Made by a program: the position numbers and the translations under genes. Shown in pieces: positions 19,011 through 28,477 of a DNA stretch of 41,312 nucleotides. Within the stretch, counting starts at the first letter, position 1, and the number at the start of each line of letters is the position of its first letter. Source of the DNA: Clostridia bacterium (GTDB taxonomy: Bacteria > Bacillota > Clostridia > UMGS1840); assembly GCA_017549265.1 (NCBI GenBank), contig JAFYVF010000035.1, positions 1 to 41,312 on the forward strand, written 5' to 3'. The notes under the pieces were generated by a model. The model searched no databases. It worked only from the letters and a program-made list of their open reading frames with translations, and was not told the DNA's origin.

Positions 19011-20027
19011 CTATATTCCCATCACAATCATAATTCCAAGCACAGCAATTACGGAAACTGTCCCGACAACACCTGCCAGCATCCCCAGGGCGGTAGCCGT
19101 TTCCTGAAAAAAATGCTCTGTGCTTTCGTCCGACAGGAATCCTGCGCACACCGACAATCCCTGAAAGGTTAAAAATCCGGCAATCAGTTTTATTAGCGGA
19201 GATAAAAAAGCATAGGAAACGGTAATGACACCTGCCAGCCCCGCTTTGGATTTGATATGACTGATGGTTTGAATCAGGTATTCTCCTGAATTGGTGAGGC
19301 TTCCACCCAAAAAGGGAATGCAGTTGCCGAGAGCCAATTTGGCAGATTGAAGTGCAAACGAATCCGAAGCCTTGGTAACCGTGGTAAGTAGTGTGAAAAT
19401 GGTCATAAAAATTCCGATGATAATGGGAAGTACTGTTTTTACACTCCATAAAATTACTTTTTTCAAAGCACCAAAATAATCCTTTTCCAACAACGGTGAC
19501 AGGGCGGCGCACATAAAATAAATGAGAATTCCGGGTAGAAAAATATGTTTGATGAGAAATACCAGAATGCTCATAAAACCTAACAGGAAATAGGAGGATT
19601 TCGCAGCAGATAAAACTCTGCCACTGTTGGCGATGAACCCTGTTAATACCGGAACGGTCAAAATCATCAATTCCGAAAGATGGGTGATGCAGGCTTCCGC
19701 CACTGTCGACAGCTCCCGAAACAGTTCTCCTGAACCCAGTGCCAATGCACAAAAAATACCCAGATGAACCGTTCGATTGAGACTAATTGGAAATTCCATA
19801 CAGTTTTTGATACCAATGAGCAATATGAGAAGTATCATAGACGGAATTTTAGAGCGAAGCAGAATCAATTCTCCAAACAGTAAATCACTGATTGTTTCCC
19901 ATACTTGCTGAAAAGAAAAATCAAAGGTTTCTATGGTGCTTGCATCTGTGGCATACACTTTTTGGGAACAGATGAATAATATCATCAGAAGAAAGCAGGA
20001 AAGGCGTTTTATCCGAATACAGACCAT
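19011..20027 (-). CDS. spoIIIAE: Stage III sporulation protein AE
   Basis: Signal-peptide-like N-terminus (MVCIRIKRLSCFLLMILFICSQKVYA) followed by a polytopic permease-like body. The ATG at 20027 is preceded by GGTGG. The longer ORF to 20144 overlaps spoIIIAD and is Arg/Cys-rich junk. Confidence 0.85.
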   Translation of the reverse strand: MVCIRIKRLSCFLLMILFICSQKVYATDASTIETFDFSFQQVWETISDLLFGELILLRSKIPSMILLILLIGIKNCMEFPISLNRTVHLGIFCALALGSGELFRELSTVAEACITHLSELMILTVPVLTGFIANSGRVLSAAKSSYFLLGFMSILVFLIKHIFLPGILIYFMCAALSPLLEKDYFGALKKVILWSVKTVLPIIIGIFMTIFTLLTTVTKASDSFALQSAKLALGNCIPFLGGSLTNSGEYLIQTISHIKSKAGLAGVITVSYAFLSPLIKLIAGFLTFQGLSVCAGFLSDESTEHFFQETATALGMLAGVVGTVSVIAVLGIMIVMGI

Positions 20028-20398
20028 ACGGTATCCACCACCTTTCCGATCAGAGGTAACAGAAGCATCAAAATGACCACTTTTGCGGCAAATTCCGCTT
20101 TTTTTGCAATAGCGGTTTCTCCTGCGTCGGCAATCACGTTGCAAAAATATTCTGCTCCGATTCCAATTCCTAAAATCCGAAGTACCGTGGAAAAAGTTTC
20201 AGGGTCTAACCCCGAGACGTTCATAAAGTCAGACAGCATTCCGATAATGCCGGAGAGTTCTCTTGCAATCAAGGAAAATATCACAATTCCCGTTGCAAGG
20301 GCAATCATCATTGAAAAATGGGGAGCCTTTTCCCGCAAAAATACTGCCGATATGGCCCCTGCAAAGGCAATTCCCATGAGCTTGGCAACCGTATCCAT
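20009..20398 (-). CDS. spoIIIAD: Stage III sporulation protein AD
   Basis: 129-aa four-TM protein. ILGIGIGAEYFCNVIADAGETAIAKKAEFAAKVVIL aligns with Bacillus SpoIIIAD (IIGIAYIAEFGAQLTKDAGQGAIASKIELAGKILIL). Confidence 0.85.
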   Translation of the reverse strand: MDTVAKLMGIAFAGAISAVFLREKAPHFSMMIALATGIVIFSLIARELSGIIGMLSDFMNVSGLDPETFSTVLRILGIGIGAEYFCNVIADAGETAIAKKAEFAAKVVILMLLLPLIGKVVDTVWSVFG

Positions 20399-20410
20399 AA
20401 AGGTACCTCT

Positions 20411-20605
20411 CTAAAAGTGAAATAAGCTTTTAATGGTTTCAAATAAATAGGCAATTTCCTGCACAATCACAATCAGCACCACCACAAGACCGGCAAGCGT
20501 AACCATGGTGGCTTGTTCGTCTCGTCCTGATTTGGCAAGCAATTGATTTAGGATGGCAACAATAATGCCGATTGCAGCAATTTTAAAGATTAATTCAACG
20601 TTCAT
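20411..20605 (-). CDS. spoIIIAC: Stage III sporulation protein AC
   Basis: 64-aa two-TM protein (MNVELIFKIAAIGIIVAILNQLLAKSGRDEQA...) with RBS GAGAGGT. The tracked ORF's 60-codon N-terminal extension overlaps spoIIIAB. Confidence 0.85.
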   Translation of the reverse strand: MNVELIFKIAAIGIIVAILNQLLAKSGRDEQATMVTLAGLVVVLIVIVQEIAYLFETIKSLFHF

Positions 20606-20616
20606 AATAAAACCTC

Positions 20617-21111
20617 TCAAAATAACAAAATTGCCACCATCGCACTGATGGAGTATACCCCTGAAGTAATCAGTTTTTTGGCTTTCGGAAGTTCTTTTTG
20701 CATTGATTTTAAGAGTTCTTCCAATCGTAGCCGGGTGAATCGGAACTGTTCTTCTGTGTCTTTGTTGGTGGTTTTTCCCATGCAATCAAAATAATGGGAG
20801 ATGACTTCCATTGCTTCTGGTGGAAGCGGAAGGGATTCCAATGATTTGTTCAAAGCATCACGCAGGGGAAGTTCTTTTTGGTATTTTACAAAATTTCTCT
20901 GAAATAGCTTGGGGAATACTCCCGGTTGATTTTCCTCCAAAACAGCTTTTTTCAGCGTCCGTTTCCATTCGGTAACGCCACAGGTAACACTTCTTAAAAA
21001 TCTCATCATCTCCCATAGGCATTGTACCGGTTTTTGTTTGCGGTCTGTGAAATAACCAACCAGTAGCATATCTCCTGCGATAATGCATGCCAGTCCCCAC
21101 AGTTTCACCAT
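20617..21111 (-). CDS. spoIIIAB: Stage III sporulation protein AB
   Basis: The N-terminus MVKLWGLACIIAGDMLLVGYF parallels Bacillus MLKLLGAVFIVVATTWTGF, and there is a C-terminal TM helix. The ATG at 21111 is preceded by AAGGTG. An alternative GTG at 21120 overlaps the spoIIIAA stop. Confidence 0.8.
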   Translation of the reverse strand: MVKLWGLACIIAGDMLLVGYFTDRKQKPVQCLWEMMRFLRSVTCGVTEWKRTLKKAVLEENQPGVFPKLFQRNFVKYQKELPLRDALNKSLESLPLPPEAMEVISHYFDCMGKTTNKDTEEQFRFTRLRLEELLKSMQKELPKAKKLITSGVYSISAMVAILLF

Positions 21112-21116
21112 ATTTT

Positions 21117-21992
21117 TCACACCTTCACAATGGTTTGAATACGGTCTTGGGAACTGTTTTTAGAAAGATAAACTTCATAAGAAAACACTTGTTCGGCGGT
21201 TAGCCTGCCAATGTTTTTTCTGAAATTTCCTTCGCAGTCCCCGTGGATGGTTGCCACAACAGATACACCGGCATGATACGCATAAAGCAGGCTTTTCTCA
21301 TCTTCCTCAGTTCCGATTTCATCCACGGCGATTACGTTAGGAGATAGACTTCTGATCGCCATAGAAATTCCGTCTGATTTTTGATATCCGTTTAACACAT
21401 CACACCGAAATCCCAAGTTGTTTTGCATTTCTCCCTGATAGGAAGCAGCAAGCTCACCTCGTTCATCCACTACCGAGATACGTATCCCGGGGCTTTTTTC
21501 CGATAATTGACGGATAAAATCCCGAAGCAGTGTGGTTTTTCCGTGCCCGGGAGGAGAAATTATGAGAATTCCCGGGAGAGGGGTGATGTGACCCACCGCT
21601 TGAAATAAGCGGTCTGCAGAGCCTGTTACTTCGCGTGCAATTCGTAGGTTGACAGAGGAGATATCCTTAAGGTAAGTCAAGCGGTTATCTTCATACACTG
21701 CGGTGCCTGCAAGACCTACCCGATGTCCTCCTTGGATGGTGATATAGCCTGTTTTTATGGATTCAAAAAAAGAGGACAGAGAACCTTCTGTCAGGCGGTC
21801 TATCAGATGTTCCAATTCTTTGGATTGGTACCGATAAGGGGTGATCAATTCCCGACCGTTTTCTATAAAAATTACCGGAAGATTTTTGCGAAAGCGGATT
21901 TCTTCTGTCTGTGGCGTCAGATATTCGCTCAGACATGCAGGGAGCAAGTGTAAGATTTCTTGTTGTTTGGGAAAAAATTCGGATTGTATCAT
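21117..21992 (-). CDS. spoIIIAA: Stage III sporulation protein AA (secretion-type ATPase)
   Basis: Walker A ISPPGHGKTTLLRD, Walker B VIAVDEIG, and length/order typical of SpoIIIAA as the first gene of the operon. Confidence 0.9.
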   Translation of the reverse strand: MIQSEFFPKQQEILHLLPACLSEYLTPQTEEIRFRKNLPVIFIENGRELITPYRYQSKELEHLIDRLTEGSLSSFFESIKTGYITIQGGHRVGLAGTAVYEDNRLTYLKDISSVNLRIAREVTGSADRLFQAVGHITPLPGILIISPPGHGKTTLLRDFIRQLSEKSPGIRISVVDERGELAASYQGEMQNNLGFRCDVLNGYQKSDGISMAIRSLSPNVIAVDEIGTEEDEKSLLYAYHAGVSVVATIHGDCEGNFRKNIGRLTAEQVFSYEVYLSKNSSQDRIQTIVKV

Positions 21993-22015
21993 TTGGTTTC
22001 ACCTCGTTTTTTATC

Positions 22016-22044
22016 ACTATATGTGAGGCTGTCCCAAAGTATGA
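22016..22044 (-). promoter_or_regulatory. Candidate sigma-E-type promoter for spoIIIA
   Basis: Minus strand reads TCATACTT-N13-CATATAGT, that is ATA-N16-CATAtAgT. This resembles the Bacillus sigma-E consensus (ATA...CATACAnT). The -10 element ends about 24 nt upstream of the spoIIIAA ATG. spoIIIA is sigma-E dependent in B. subtilis. Confidence 0.35.
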
Positions 22045-22083
22045 CAAACCATCTGCATTTGTTTTTTTTGTTTGTAAAATTGG

Positions 22084-22112
22084 TTGACTTTTTTTACAAA
22101 ATATGTTATGAT
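22084..22112 (+). promoter_or_regulatory. Candidate sigma-A promoter for maf
   Basis: TTGACT, 17-nt spacer, TATGAT with extended -10 TG (TGtTATGAT). About 30 nt upstream of the maf ATG. Confidence 0.4.
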
Positions 22113-22143
22113 AATCAAAAGTTTGAAAGAGGAGGGGCTCCCT

Positions 22144-22740
22144 ATGAGTCAATCAAAAATCATTTTAGCATCTCAGTCTCCCAGACGCAAAGAACTGTTG
22201 GCAAGAGAAAAAATTGCATTTTCGGTGCATGTGACCGATGCAGATGAAACGGTTCGTGAGAAAATGTCTCCACGGGATCTGGTGGAGGAGTTATCACACC
22301 GAAAAGCCAAGAGCGCCGCAGCGGATTTTTCCCGGGAGAAGGTATTGATTATTGCGGCAGATACCGTGGTCGCCTTAGGGGATGAAATTTTCGGAAAACC
22401 TGAGGACGAAGAAGATGCCCGTCGGATGCTTCGTTCCTTAAGCGGAAAGGCACACAGTGTGTTTACCGGGGTTACCTTGGCATATGTGGAAGATGGAGAG
22501 GTTTCTTATCGGAAAACAGTTTGTGAAACCAAAGTGTATTTTCGTTCCGTCAGCGAGGATGAAATTACTGATTATATCAACACCCGTGAACCTTTTGACA
22601 AAGCCGGTTCGTATGCTATCCAGGGAATTGCCTCCAAATTTGTGGAAAAAATTGATGGGGATTTTGATAACGTGGTGGGGCTTCCGGTTTCTGCCATTTT
22701 GCAAGATGTGAATGCCTATTTGCAAAAGGAGGAGAAGTGA
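22144..22740 (+). CDS. maf: Maf-like nucleoside triphosphate pyrophosphatase (septum formation inhibitor family)
   Basis: The N-terminus IILASQSPRRKELL, ADTVV and GAYAIQG-like (GSYAIQG) motifs. The ATG at 22144 is preceded by AGGAGGGG. The tracked 22084 start is an extension through the promoter. Confidence 0.9.
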   Translation: MSQSKIILASQSPRRKELLAREKIAFSVHVTDADETVREKMSPRDLVEELSHRKAKSAAADFSREKVLIIAADTVVALGDEIFGKPEDEEDARRMLRSLSGKAHSVFTGVTLAYVEDGEVSYRKTVCETKVYFRSVSEDEITDYINTREPFDKAGSYAIQGIASKFVEKIDGDFDNVVGLPVSAILQDVNAYLQKEEK

Positions 22741-23636
22741 TGGGAACTCGTGACGCTTACACCCCCCTTCGTTTTAAAGAAGAATTTGTGATAAAAAATG
22801 TGGTGACGATTCATTACCTGGAATATGCAAAAGATTTTAAGTTCACGGGAGAAAAGCATGATTTCTGGGAATTTATCTATGTGGATAAAGGGGAAATCAA
22901 TGCGATTGCAGAGGATACTACCCACCGTTTGCAACAAGGCGATGTTTTGTTTCACAAGCCGGGAGAATTTCATAATGTGTATTCCAATGGTGTGATTGCC
23001 CCCAACATTGCCATTGTTTCCTTTGTATGCAAGTCCAAGGCAATGAGTTTCTTTCAAAACAAGGTCTTTCATGTGACCAAAGAGGAAAAAAATCTGCTTT
23101 CTTCTATCATCAAAGAGGCAACCAAAGCTTTTTGCACGCCGTTAAACGACCCGTTTACCAATGGCCTGAAACGCAAAGCAGAGCCATCTTTCGGTGCAGA
23201 ACAGATGATTCTTCTGCATTTGACTCAGTTTCTGCTGTCACTGTATCGAAACAATTCCATTTCTTATACGCCGAAAGCCTCTCTTTCTGTATTAAAAGAA
23301 CGGATGGATAACGACATCGTGGAAGATGTGATTGAATTTTTAAACGAAAATATCGGAAACACCTTAAGTTTTTCGGACGTATTAAAATATTCCAAAACCA
23401 ACAGCACAGGCTTGAAGATGTTGTTTAAGGAAAAGACCGGAATGGGCGTTATGCAATATTTTAATTATCTGAAAATTGAACGTGCTAAAATGCTGATTCG
23501 TGAAGATAACTATAACTTTACCCAGATTGCAGGGATTTTGGCATATGACAGTATCCATTATTTTTCCAAGCAGTTTAAAAAAATTGCTAAAATGACACCG
23601 TCGGAGTATGCTTCCTCGGTGAAGATTGCGTTGTAA
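22740..23636 (+). CDS. AraC family transcriptional regulator (N-terminal cupin plus C-terminal HTH)
   Basis: Cupin-like N-terminus (GDVLFHKPGEFHNV) and an AraC HTH C-terminus (IAGILAYDSIHYFSKQFKKIAKMTPSEY). The ATG lies 7 nt after GGAGG and overlaps the maf stop (TGATG). Confidence 0.8.
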   Translation: MGTRDAYTPLRFKEEFVIKNVVTIHYLEYAKDFKFTGEKHDFWEFIYVDKGEINAIAEDTTHRLQQGDVLFHKPGEFHNVYSNGVIAPNIAIVSFVCKSKAMSFFQNKVFHVTKEEKNLLSSIIKEATKAFCTPLNDPFTNGLKRKAEPSFGAEQMILLHLTQFLLSLYRNNSISYTPKASLSVLKERMDNDIVEDVIEFLNENIGNTLSFSDVLKYSKTNSTGLKMLFKEKTGMGVMQYFNYLKIERAKMLIREDNYNFTQIAGILAYDSIHYFSKQFKKIAKMTPSEYASSVKIAL

Positions 23637-23722
23637 GATGTCTGTTTTTTTATTAGATAGCTGAGAAAAATTGGTAAATTGTAATAAAAATACAAAAATC
23701 CGAATAAATTTTCTAAAATCTA

Positions 23723-23751
23723 TTGAAAAAAAATACTTGTTATAGTATAAT
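23723..23751 (+). promoter_or_regulatory. Near-consensus sigma-A promoter for the amino-acid ABC transporter operon
   Basis: TTGAAA, exactly 17 nt, TATAAT, with an A-rich upstream tract. About 58 nt upstream of the ATG at 23810. Confidence 0.5.
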
Positions 23752-23809
23752 ATTATAGCAAATCTATAAAAAACATTTCAAAGCACAAATGTGCAAGGAG
23801 GAAAACAAC

Positions 23810-24667
23810 ATGAAAAAACTCATCACTCTTTTGTTAGCTGCAGTAATGCTGCTGACCGTTTTCACCGCTTGTCAAACGAATAAAGCGGATGAAGGCGCAC
23901 CTGCTACCAACGTTGAAGAAAACGCAGAAACAAACGACACCGAAGCTACCGGTGACGAGACTGAGGAAGACGTTCCTGCTACAGACGGACAGATCGTTAT
24001 GGCTACCAATGCGGAATTCCCTCCCTATGAATTCATGGAAAACGGCGAAATTGTAGGTATTGATGCTGACATTGCTCGTGAAATTGCAAAAAAATTGAAC
24101 AAAGAACTGGTAATCGAAAACGTGGATTTTGATTCCTTAATTCCCGGCGTTTCTACCGGTAAATACGATTTCGTTATGGCAGGTCTGACTGTTACCGAAG
24201 AAAGAATGAACGCAGTGAACTTCACTCAGACCTATGCTACCGGCGTTCAGGTTATCATCGTAAAAGAAGATTCTCCCATTACCAGCGCAGATGACTTGTT
24301 TGCAGAAGGTGCAAACACCGTAGTCGGCGTTCAGATGGCTACCACCGGTGACTTATATTGTACTTGGGATATTGAAGATGAAGGCTTAGGTACTGTTGAA
24401 CGTTACAACAAAGGTGCAGATGCAGTTATGGCATTAAACACCGGCAAAGTTGATTGTGTTGTTATCGACAATGAACCTGCAAAAGTATTTGTTGCAAACA
24501 ACCCCGGCTTAAAAATCTTAGACACTGAATATGTTACCGAAGATTATGCAGCAGCAATTTCTAAAAACAATCCGGATTTAACCGAACAGATTGATGAAGC
24601 TTTAGGCGAATTGATTGAAGACGGCACTGTTGATGCAATCATTGAAAAATACATCCCTGCTGAATAA
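23810..24667 (+). CDS. Amino-acid ABC transporter substrate-binding lipoprotein (PBP family 3)
   Basis: Lipobox LTVFTAC after a hydrophobic signal, an acidic linker, then the family-3 SBP core (ATNAEFPPYEF, FDSLIPGVSTGKYDFVMAGLT). RBS AAGGAGGA. Confidence 0.85.
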   Translation: MKKLITLLLAAVMLLTVFTACQTNKADEGAPATNVEENAETNDTEATGDETEEDVPATDGQIVMATNAEFPPYEFMENGEIVGIDADIAREIAKKLNKELVIENVDFDSLIPGVSTGKYDFVMAGLTVTEERMNAVNFTQTYATGVQVIIVKEDSPITSADDLFAEGANTVVGVQMATTGDLYCTWDIEDEGLGTVERYNKGADAVMALNTGKVDCVVIDNEPAKVFVANNPGLKILDTEYVTEDYAAAISKNNPDLTEQIDEALGELIEDGTVDAIIEKYIPAE

Positions 24668-24791
24668 GAGATTCTCTCTTAGGTAAGCAAAATTCGATTT
24701 ACAGAATTTTACGGTAATCATTTGTCAATCGGGGTAACAATTTTGTTTCTCCGATTGACACTTACCGATTCATCGGAAAGGAATTTGAAAC

Positions 24792-25574
24792 ATGGCGGAA
24801 TGGTTCGCAGGATACTGCTCTTGGCTTTGTGACTGTTATGCAAGCTTTAATGGCTGGCTATATGGTTTGCAAAAGGAATTTACAACGGCTTTTATCGTGG
24901 ATGATCGTTGGAAATACATATTGAAAGGCGTGCAAAACACCCTGATTCTTACTTTCTATGCATTGATTTTAGGGGTAGTTTTAGGTGTTATTGTAGCAGC
25001 TATTAGAACTTCATATGATAAGCAGTACCGTGAAATGAAAAATCCCATTGCAAAATTTTTCCTTTGGATCGGAAATGCAATTTCTAAAATTTATCTGACT
25101 GTGATTCGCGGAACTCCCGTTATGGTTCAGATTTTGATTATCTTTTTTATCATTATGGCAAGCTCCCGTGATAAGATGCTTTGCGCTGTTATTGCGTTCG
25201 GTATCAATTCGGGTGCTTATGTTGCCGAAATTGTTCGTGCAGGTATTATGAGTATTGATGCAGGGCAGAATGAAGCAGGTCGCTCTTTAGGGCTTAATTA
25301 TATGCAAACCATGTGGTTTATCATTCTTCCCCAGGCATTTAAAAATATTTTGCCTTCCTTGGCAAATGAATTCATCGTTCTTTTGAAGGAAACTTCCATT
25401 GCGGGTTATGTGGGTGTAACCGATTTAACCCGTGCAGGCAATCAGATTCGTAGCGTTACTTATCAGGATTTTATGCCTCTTTTAGCAGTTGCATTGATTT
25501 ATCTGGTATTGGTAATGTTCTTTACCTGGTTGGTAGGCCTTTTGGAAAGGAGACTGAGAAAGAATGAGCGCTAA
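24792..25574 (+). CDS. Amino-acid ABC transporter permease (HisMQ/GlnP type)
   Basis: EAA-loop region [34 protein letters not shown]. It has an unusual extra Cys/Trp-rich N-terminal segment of about 45 aa. Confidence 0.85.
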   Translation: MAEWFAGYCSWLCDCYASFNGWLYGLQKEFTTAFIVDDRWKYILKGVQNTLILTFYALILGVVLGVIVAAIRTSYDKQYREMKNPIAKFFLWIGNAISKIYLTVIRGTPVMVQILIIFFIIMASSRDKMLCAVIAFGINSGAYVAEIVRAGIMSIDAGQNEAGRSLGLNYMQTMWFIILPQAFKNILPSLANEFIVLLKETSIAGYVGVTDLTRAGNQIRSVTYQDFMPLLAVALIYLVLVMFFTWLVGLLERRLRKNER

Positions 25575-26307
25575 TTATATCATCAGTGTTCGCGGTTTGA
25601 AAAAGCATTATAACCGCGGCAAAATCAAAGCATTAAACGGCGTTGATTTAGATGTAAAAAAAGGGGAAGTGATTGTAATCATCGGCCCCTCAGGATGTGG
25701 AAAATCCACATTACTGCGTTCCTTAAATTTATTGGAACAACCCACAGAAGGACAGATTTTCTTAGAAAATGTGGATATCACCGACCGCAATACCAATATC
25801 AATTTGCACAGACGTAAGGTTGGAATGGTATTTCAGCATTTTAATCTGTTTCCCAATATGACGATTTTAAAAAATATGACCTTAGCTCCCATACAGCTAA
25901 AAAAAGTGAAAAAAGCAGAGGCTGAGAAAAAAGCACTGGAGCTTCTTCGTGTAGTTGGCTTAGAAGATAGAGCCAACGCATATCCTTCTCAGTTGTCGGG
26001 CGGTCAGAAACAGCGTGTTGCCATTGTGCGTGCTCTTTGCATGGAGCCTGATGTAATGCTGTTTGACGAGCCTACCTCCGCATTAGACCCGGAAATGGTA
26101 GGCGAAGTGCTGGACGTTATGAAGAAGCTGGCAAGAGAAGGTATGACCATGCTTGTGGTAACGCACGAAATGGGCTTTGCCCGTGAAGTTGCCGACAGAG
26201 TTATCTTTATGGATGAAGGAACAATCTTGGAAGAAGGAACTCCGGCAGATATTTTCAGTCAGCCCCAGCATGAAAGAACAAAGGCTTTCTTAAATAAAGT
26301 ATTATAA
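25564..26307 (+). CDS. Amino-acid ABC transporter ATP-binding protein (GlnQ type)
   Basis: Walker [10 protein letters not shown], signature [11 protein letters not shown], Walker [12 protein letters not shown]. Overlaps the permease end by 11 nt. Confidence 0.92.
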   Translation: MSANYIISVRGLKKHYNRGKIKALNGVDLDVKKGEVIVIIGPSGCGKSTLLRSLNLLEQPTEGQIFLENVDITDRNTNINLHRRKVGMVFQHFNLFPNMTILKNMTLAPIQLKKVKKAEAEKKALELLRVVGLEDRANAYPSQLSGGQKQRVAIVRALCMEPDVMLFDEPTSALDPEMVGEVLDVMKKLAREGMTMLVVTHEMGFAREVADRVIFMDEGTILEEGTPADIFSQPQHERTKAFLNKVL

Positions 26308-26320
26308 GTTTGAAAATGAC

Positions 26321-26347
26321 AAAAACCGTATCCATACGGTTTGTTTG
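26321..26347 (+). terminator. Rho-independent terminator after the ABC operon
   Basis: Stem AAACCGTAT/ATACGGTTT with a short loop, followed by a T-rich tract (TTGTTTG). Confidence 0.55.
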
Positions 26348-26380
26348 ATAGAATCATAGAAAAGAAAGGAAGGTACGAAT

Positions 26381-26737
26381 ATGCCGTTAAAAAAATTGAG
26401 CGATGTAGGCGAAATTACCGTAACCGAAAAAGCTATTGAAGAAATTGCAGGTCATGTTGCAACCCATTGTTATGGTGTGGTTGGAATGTGTGTGAAAAGC
26501 AAAGCAGAAGTGTTGAAACGGGTGTTTGGTTCCGATAGCTTAAGAAAAGGAATCAAGGTTGTGTGCCGTGATAATACTGTCAGCATTGAAATTCACATTA
26601 AAGTGACTTACGGCGTGAATATTAAAGTGTTGGCTGAAAATGTGAAACAGGATATTACCTATGCTGTAGAAAAAATGACAGGCGCAAAAATCAAGGATGT
26701 TACCGTTTGTGTAGACGATATTGTGGTGAATAAATAA
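26381..26737 (+). CDS. Asp23/Gls24 family envelope stress protein (YloU-like)
   Basis: IAGHVATHCYGVVGM and the overall 118-aa size. It precedes yloV and recG, as in the Bacillus yloU-yloV-recG arrangement. Confidence 0.85.
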   Translation: MPLKKLSDVGEITVTEKAIEEIAGHVATHCYGVVGMCVKSKAEVLKRVFGSDSLRKGIKVVCRDNTVSIEIHIKVTYGVNIKVLAENVKQDITYAVEKMTGAKIKDVTVCVDDIVVNK

Positions 26738-26796
26738 GTCATTGATTTGATTTCATTCGTCACAGCATCAACTTTGAAAAAGGGAGAAAACATTTC

Positions 26797-28392
26797 ATGA
26801 ATAAAACAATCAATGGTGTGCTGCTTGCCAATATGCTGGAAGCGGCAAAAATCCATTTATGTAACAACAAGGAAGAGCTGAATGCTTTAAATGTGTTTCC
26901 GGTGCCCGACGGTGATACCGGAACCAATATGTCAATGACTTTTACCTCTGCAGCATCTGCGGCACATAGCCGTACTGACTCTGCAGGGAATGTTTTAGAT
27001 GGTGTTTCTATGTCTGCGCTTCGCGGTGCAAGAGGAAATTCCGGGGTAATTCTTTCCCAGATTTTAAGAGGTATGTCCAAAGCTGCAAAAGGAAAGAAAG
27101 AACTGGAAGTTTCGGATATGGTGAATGCCTTTCGTTTAGGTTCCAAAACTGCTTACGAAGCAATTATGAAGCCCACCGAAGGTACCATCTTAACTGTTAT
27201 CCGTATGACTGCAGAGCATCTGGAAGAGATTCAGGAAGAAATTACGGACCTGGATATGTTATTCACCGAAGCCGTGCGAGCTGCTTATGAGGCGTTGGCG
27301 CAAACCCCCGAAATGCTTCCGAAATTGAAACAGGCAGGGGTAGTGGATTCCGGTGGGAAAGGGATTTGCTATATCATCGAAGGTATGGCAAATTACTATA
27401 AATCCGGAATTATGCCGGAAGAATCGGTTACCAGTGTGGAAAAAACCTCCGAAGTATTTTCAGATAATCACGAAAATGTAAACTTCCAGTACTGCACTGA
27501 GTTTATCATTCAGAATCCGGAACGCAAAAAAAATCAGTTAACCCAGCGCTATGAATCCTTAGGGGATTCTATCGTTGTGGTTGCAATGGAAGATATTATC
27601 AAAGTGCATATTCATACCAATGACCCCGGTATTGTAATTTCTGAAGCGTTAAAAATCGGTAGCCTCATTGATATTAAAATTGATAATATGAAATACCAGA
27701 ACGAGAATATTCAAAATGCAATTCCGAAGGAACGTCAGCCCCATGCTTTTGTTGCTGTGGCAGCAGGGGAAGGTTTTGCGAATATCTATAAAGAGCTGGG
27801 AATTGAACATATCGTTTCCGGTGGGCAGTCGATGAATCCTTCTTCTGATGATATTTTAAATGCTGCAAACCGCACCAATGCTGATGTGGTTTACGTGTTC
27901 CCCAACAATAAAAATATTATCCTGGCAGCCGAACAGGCAGCAGAGTTGTATGACGGTCAGATGGTGGTAATTCCCACCACCAATATGTCTGACGTACTTC
28001 CTTGTATGGTTTGCTTTGATGAATCTATGTCAGCCGAAGAAAACCTGCAGCAAATGAAAGATGTGATTGCTTCTTTGAAATCTGCTCAGATTACCTATGC
28101 TGTAAGAGATTCCGTGTTTGATAACATCGAAATCAAAGAAGGCGAAATCATGGCATTAAGTGGAAGCTCTATCCTGACCAAAGGGAAAGACTACAACAAA
28201 GTTTGTGCTTCTGTGATTGAAAAACTTTGCGATGACACGGTTTCTATGGTAACTGTGTATGCAGGTGCCGATGTGAACAGCGAAGAAATGGAAGAGCTGG
28301 AAAAAACCTTAACCAAAAAATATAAAGATATTGACTTTTCTTTCTATCGCGGTGATCAGCCCGTATATTACTATTTTATTTCCTTAGAATAA
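26797..28392 (+). CDS. DAK2-domain protein YloV (FakA-like)
   Basis: The DAK2 motifs VFPVPDGDTGTNM and GARGNSGVILSQ, and a DegV-like C-terminal half. Conserved position before recG. Confidence 0.85.
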   Translation: MNKTINGVLLANMLEAAKIHLCNNKEELNALNVFPVPDGDTGTNMSMTFTSAASAAHSRTDSAGNVLDGVSMSALRGARGNSGVILSQILRGMSKAAKGKKELEVSDMVNAFRLGSKTAYEAIMKPTEGTILTVIRMTAEHLEEIQEEITDLDMLFTEAVRAAYEALAQTPEMLPKLKQAGVVDSGGKGICYIIEGMANYYKSGIMPEESVTSVEKTSEVFSDNHENVNFQYCTEFIIQNPERKKNQLTQRYESLGDSIVVVAMEDIIKVHIHTNDPGIVISEALKIGSLIDIKIDNMKYQNENIQNAIPKERQPHAFVAVAAGEGFANIYKELGIEHIVSGGQSMNPSSDDILNAANRTNADVVYVFPNNKNIILAAEQAAELYDGQMVVIPTTNMSDVLPCMVCFDESMSAEENLQQMKDVIASLKSAQITYAVRDSVFDNIEIKEGEIMALSGSSILTKGKDYNKVCASVIEKLCDDTVSMVTVYAGADVNSEEMEELEKTLTKKYKDIDFSFYRGDQPVYYYFISLE

Positions 28393-28477
28393 TATAGAAT
28401 CAACGGTATTTTCAATAGTCAAAAATAATCATAACCGAAAACTTTGAGGATAGAAATTTACTGAAAAAGAGGATTGT

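Noticed and set aside
18988-19752. 254-aa minus-strand ORF inside spoIIIAE, in a different frame.
   Set aside because: It overlaps a frame with clear SpoIIIAE homology. Its Arg/Cys/His-rich composition is typical of an off-frame artefact.
20028-20144. N-terminal 39-codon extension of the spoIIIAE ORF.
   Set aside because: It overlaps spoIIIAD and its sequence is Arg/Cys-rich. The internal ATG at 20027 gives a signal-peptide-like start and has an RBS.
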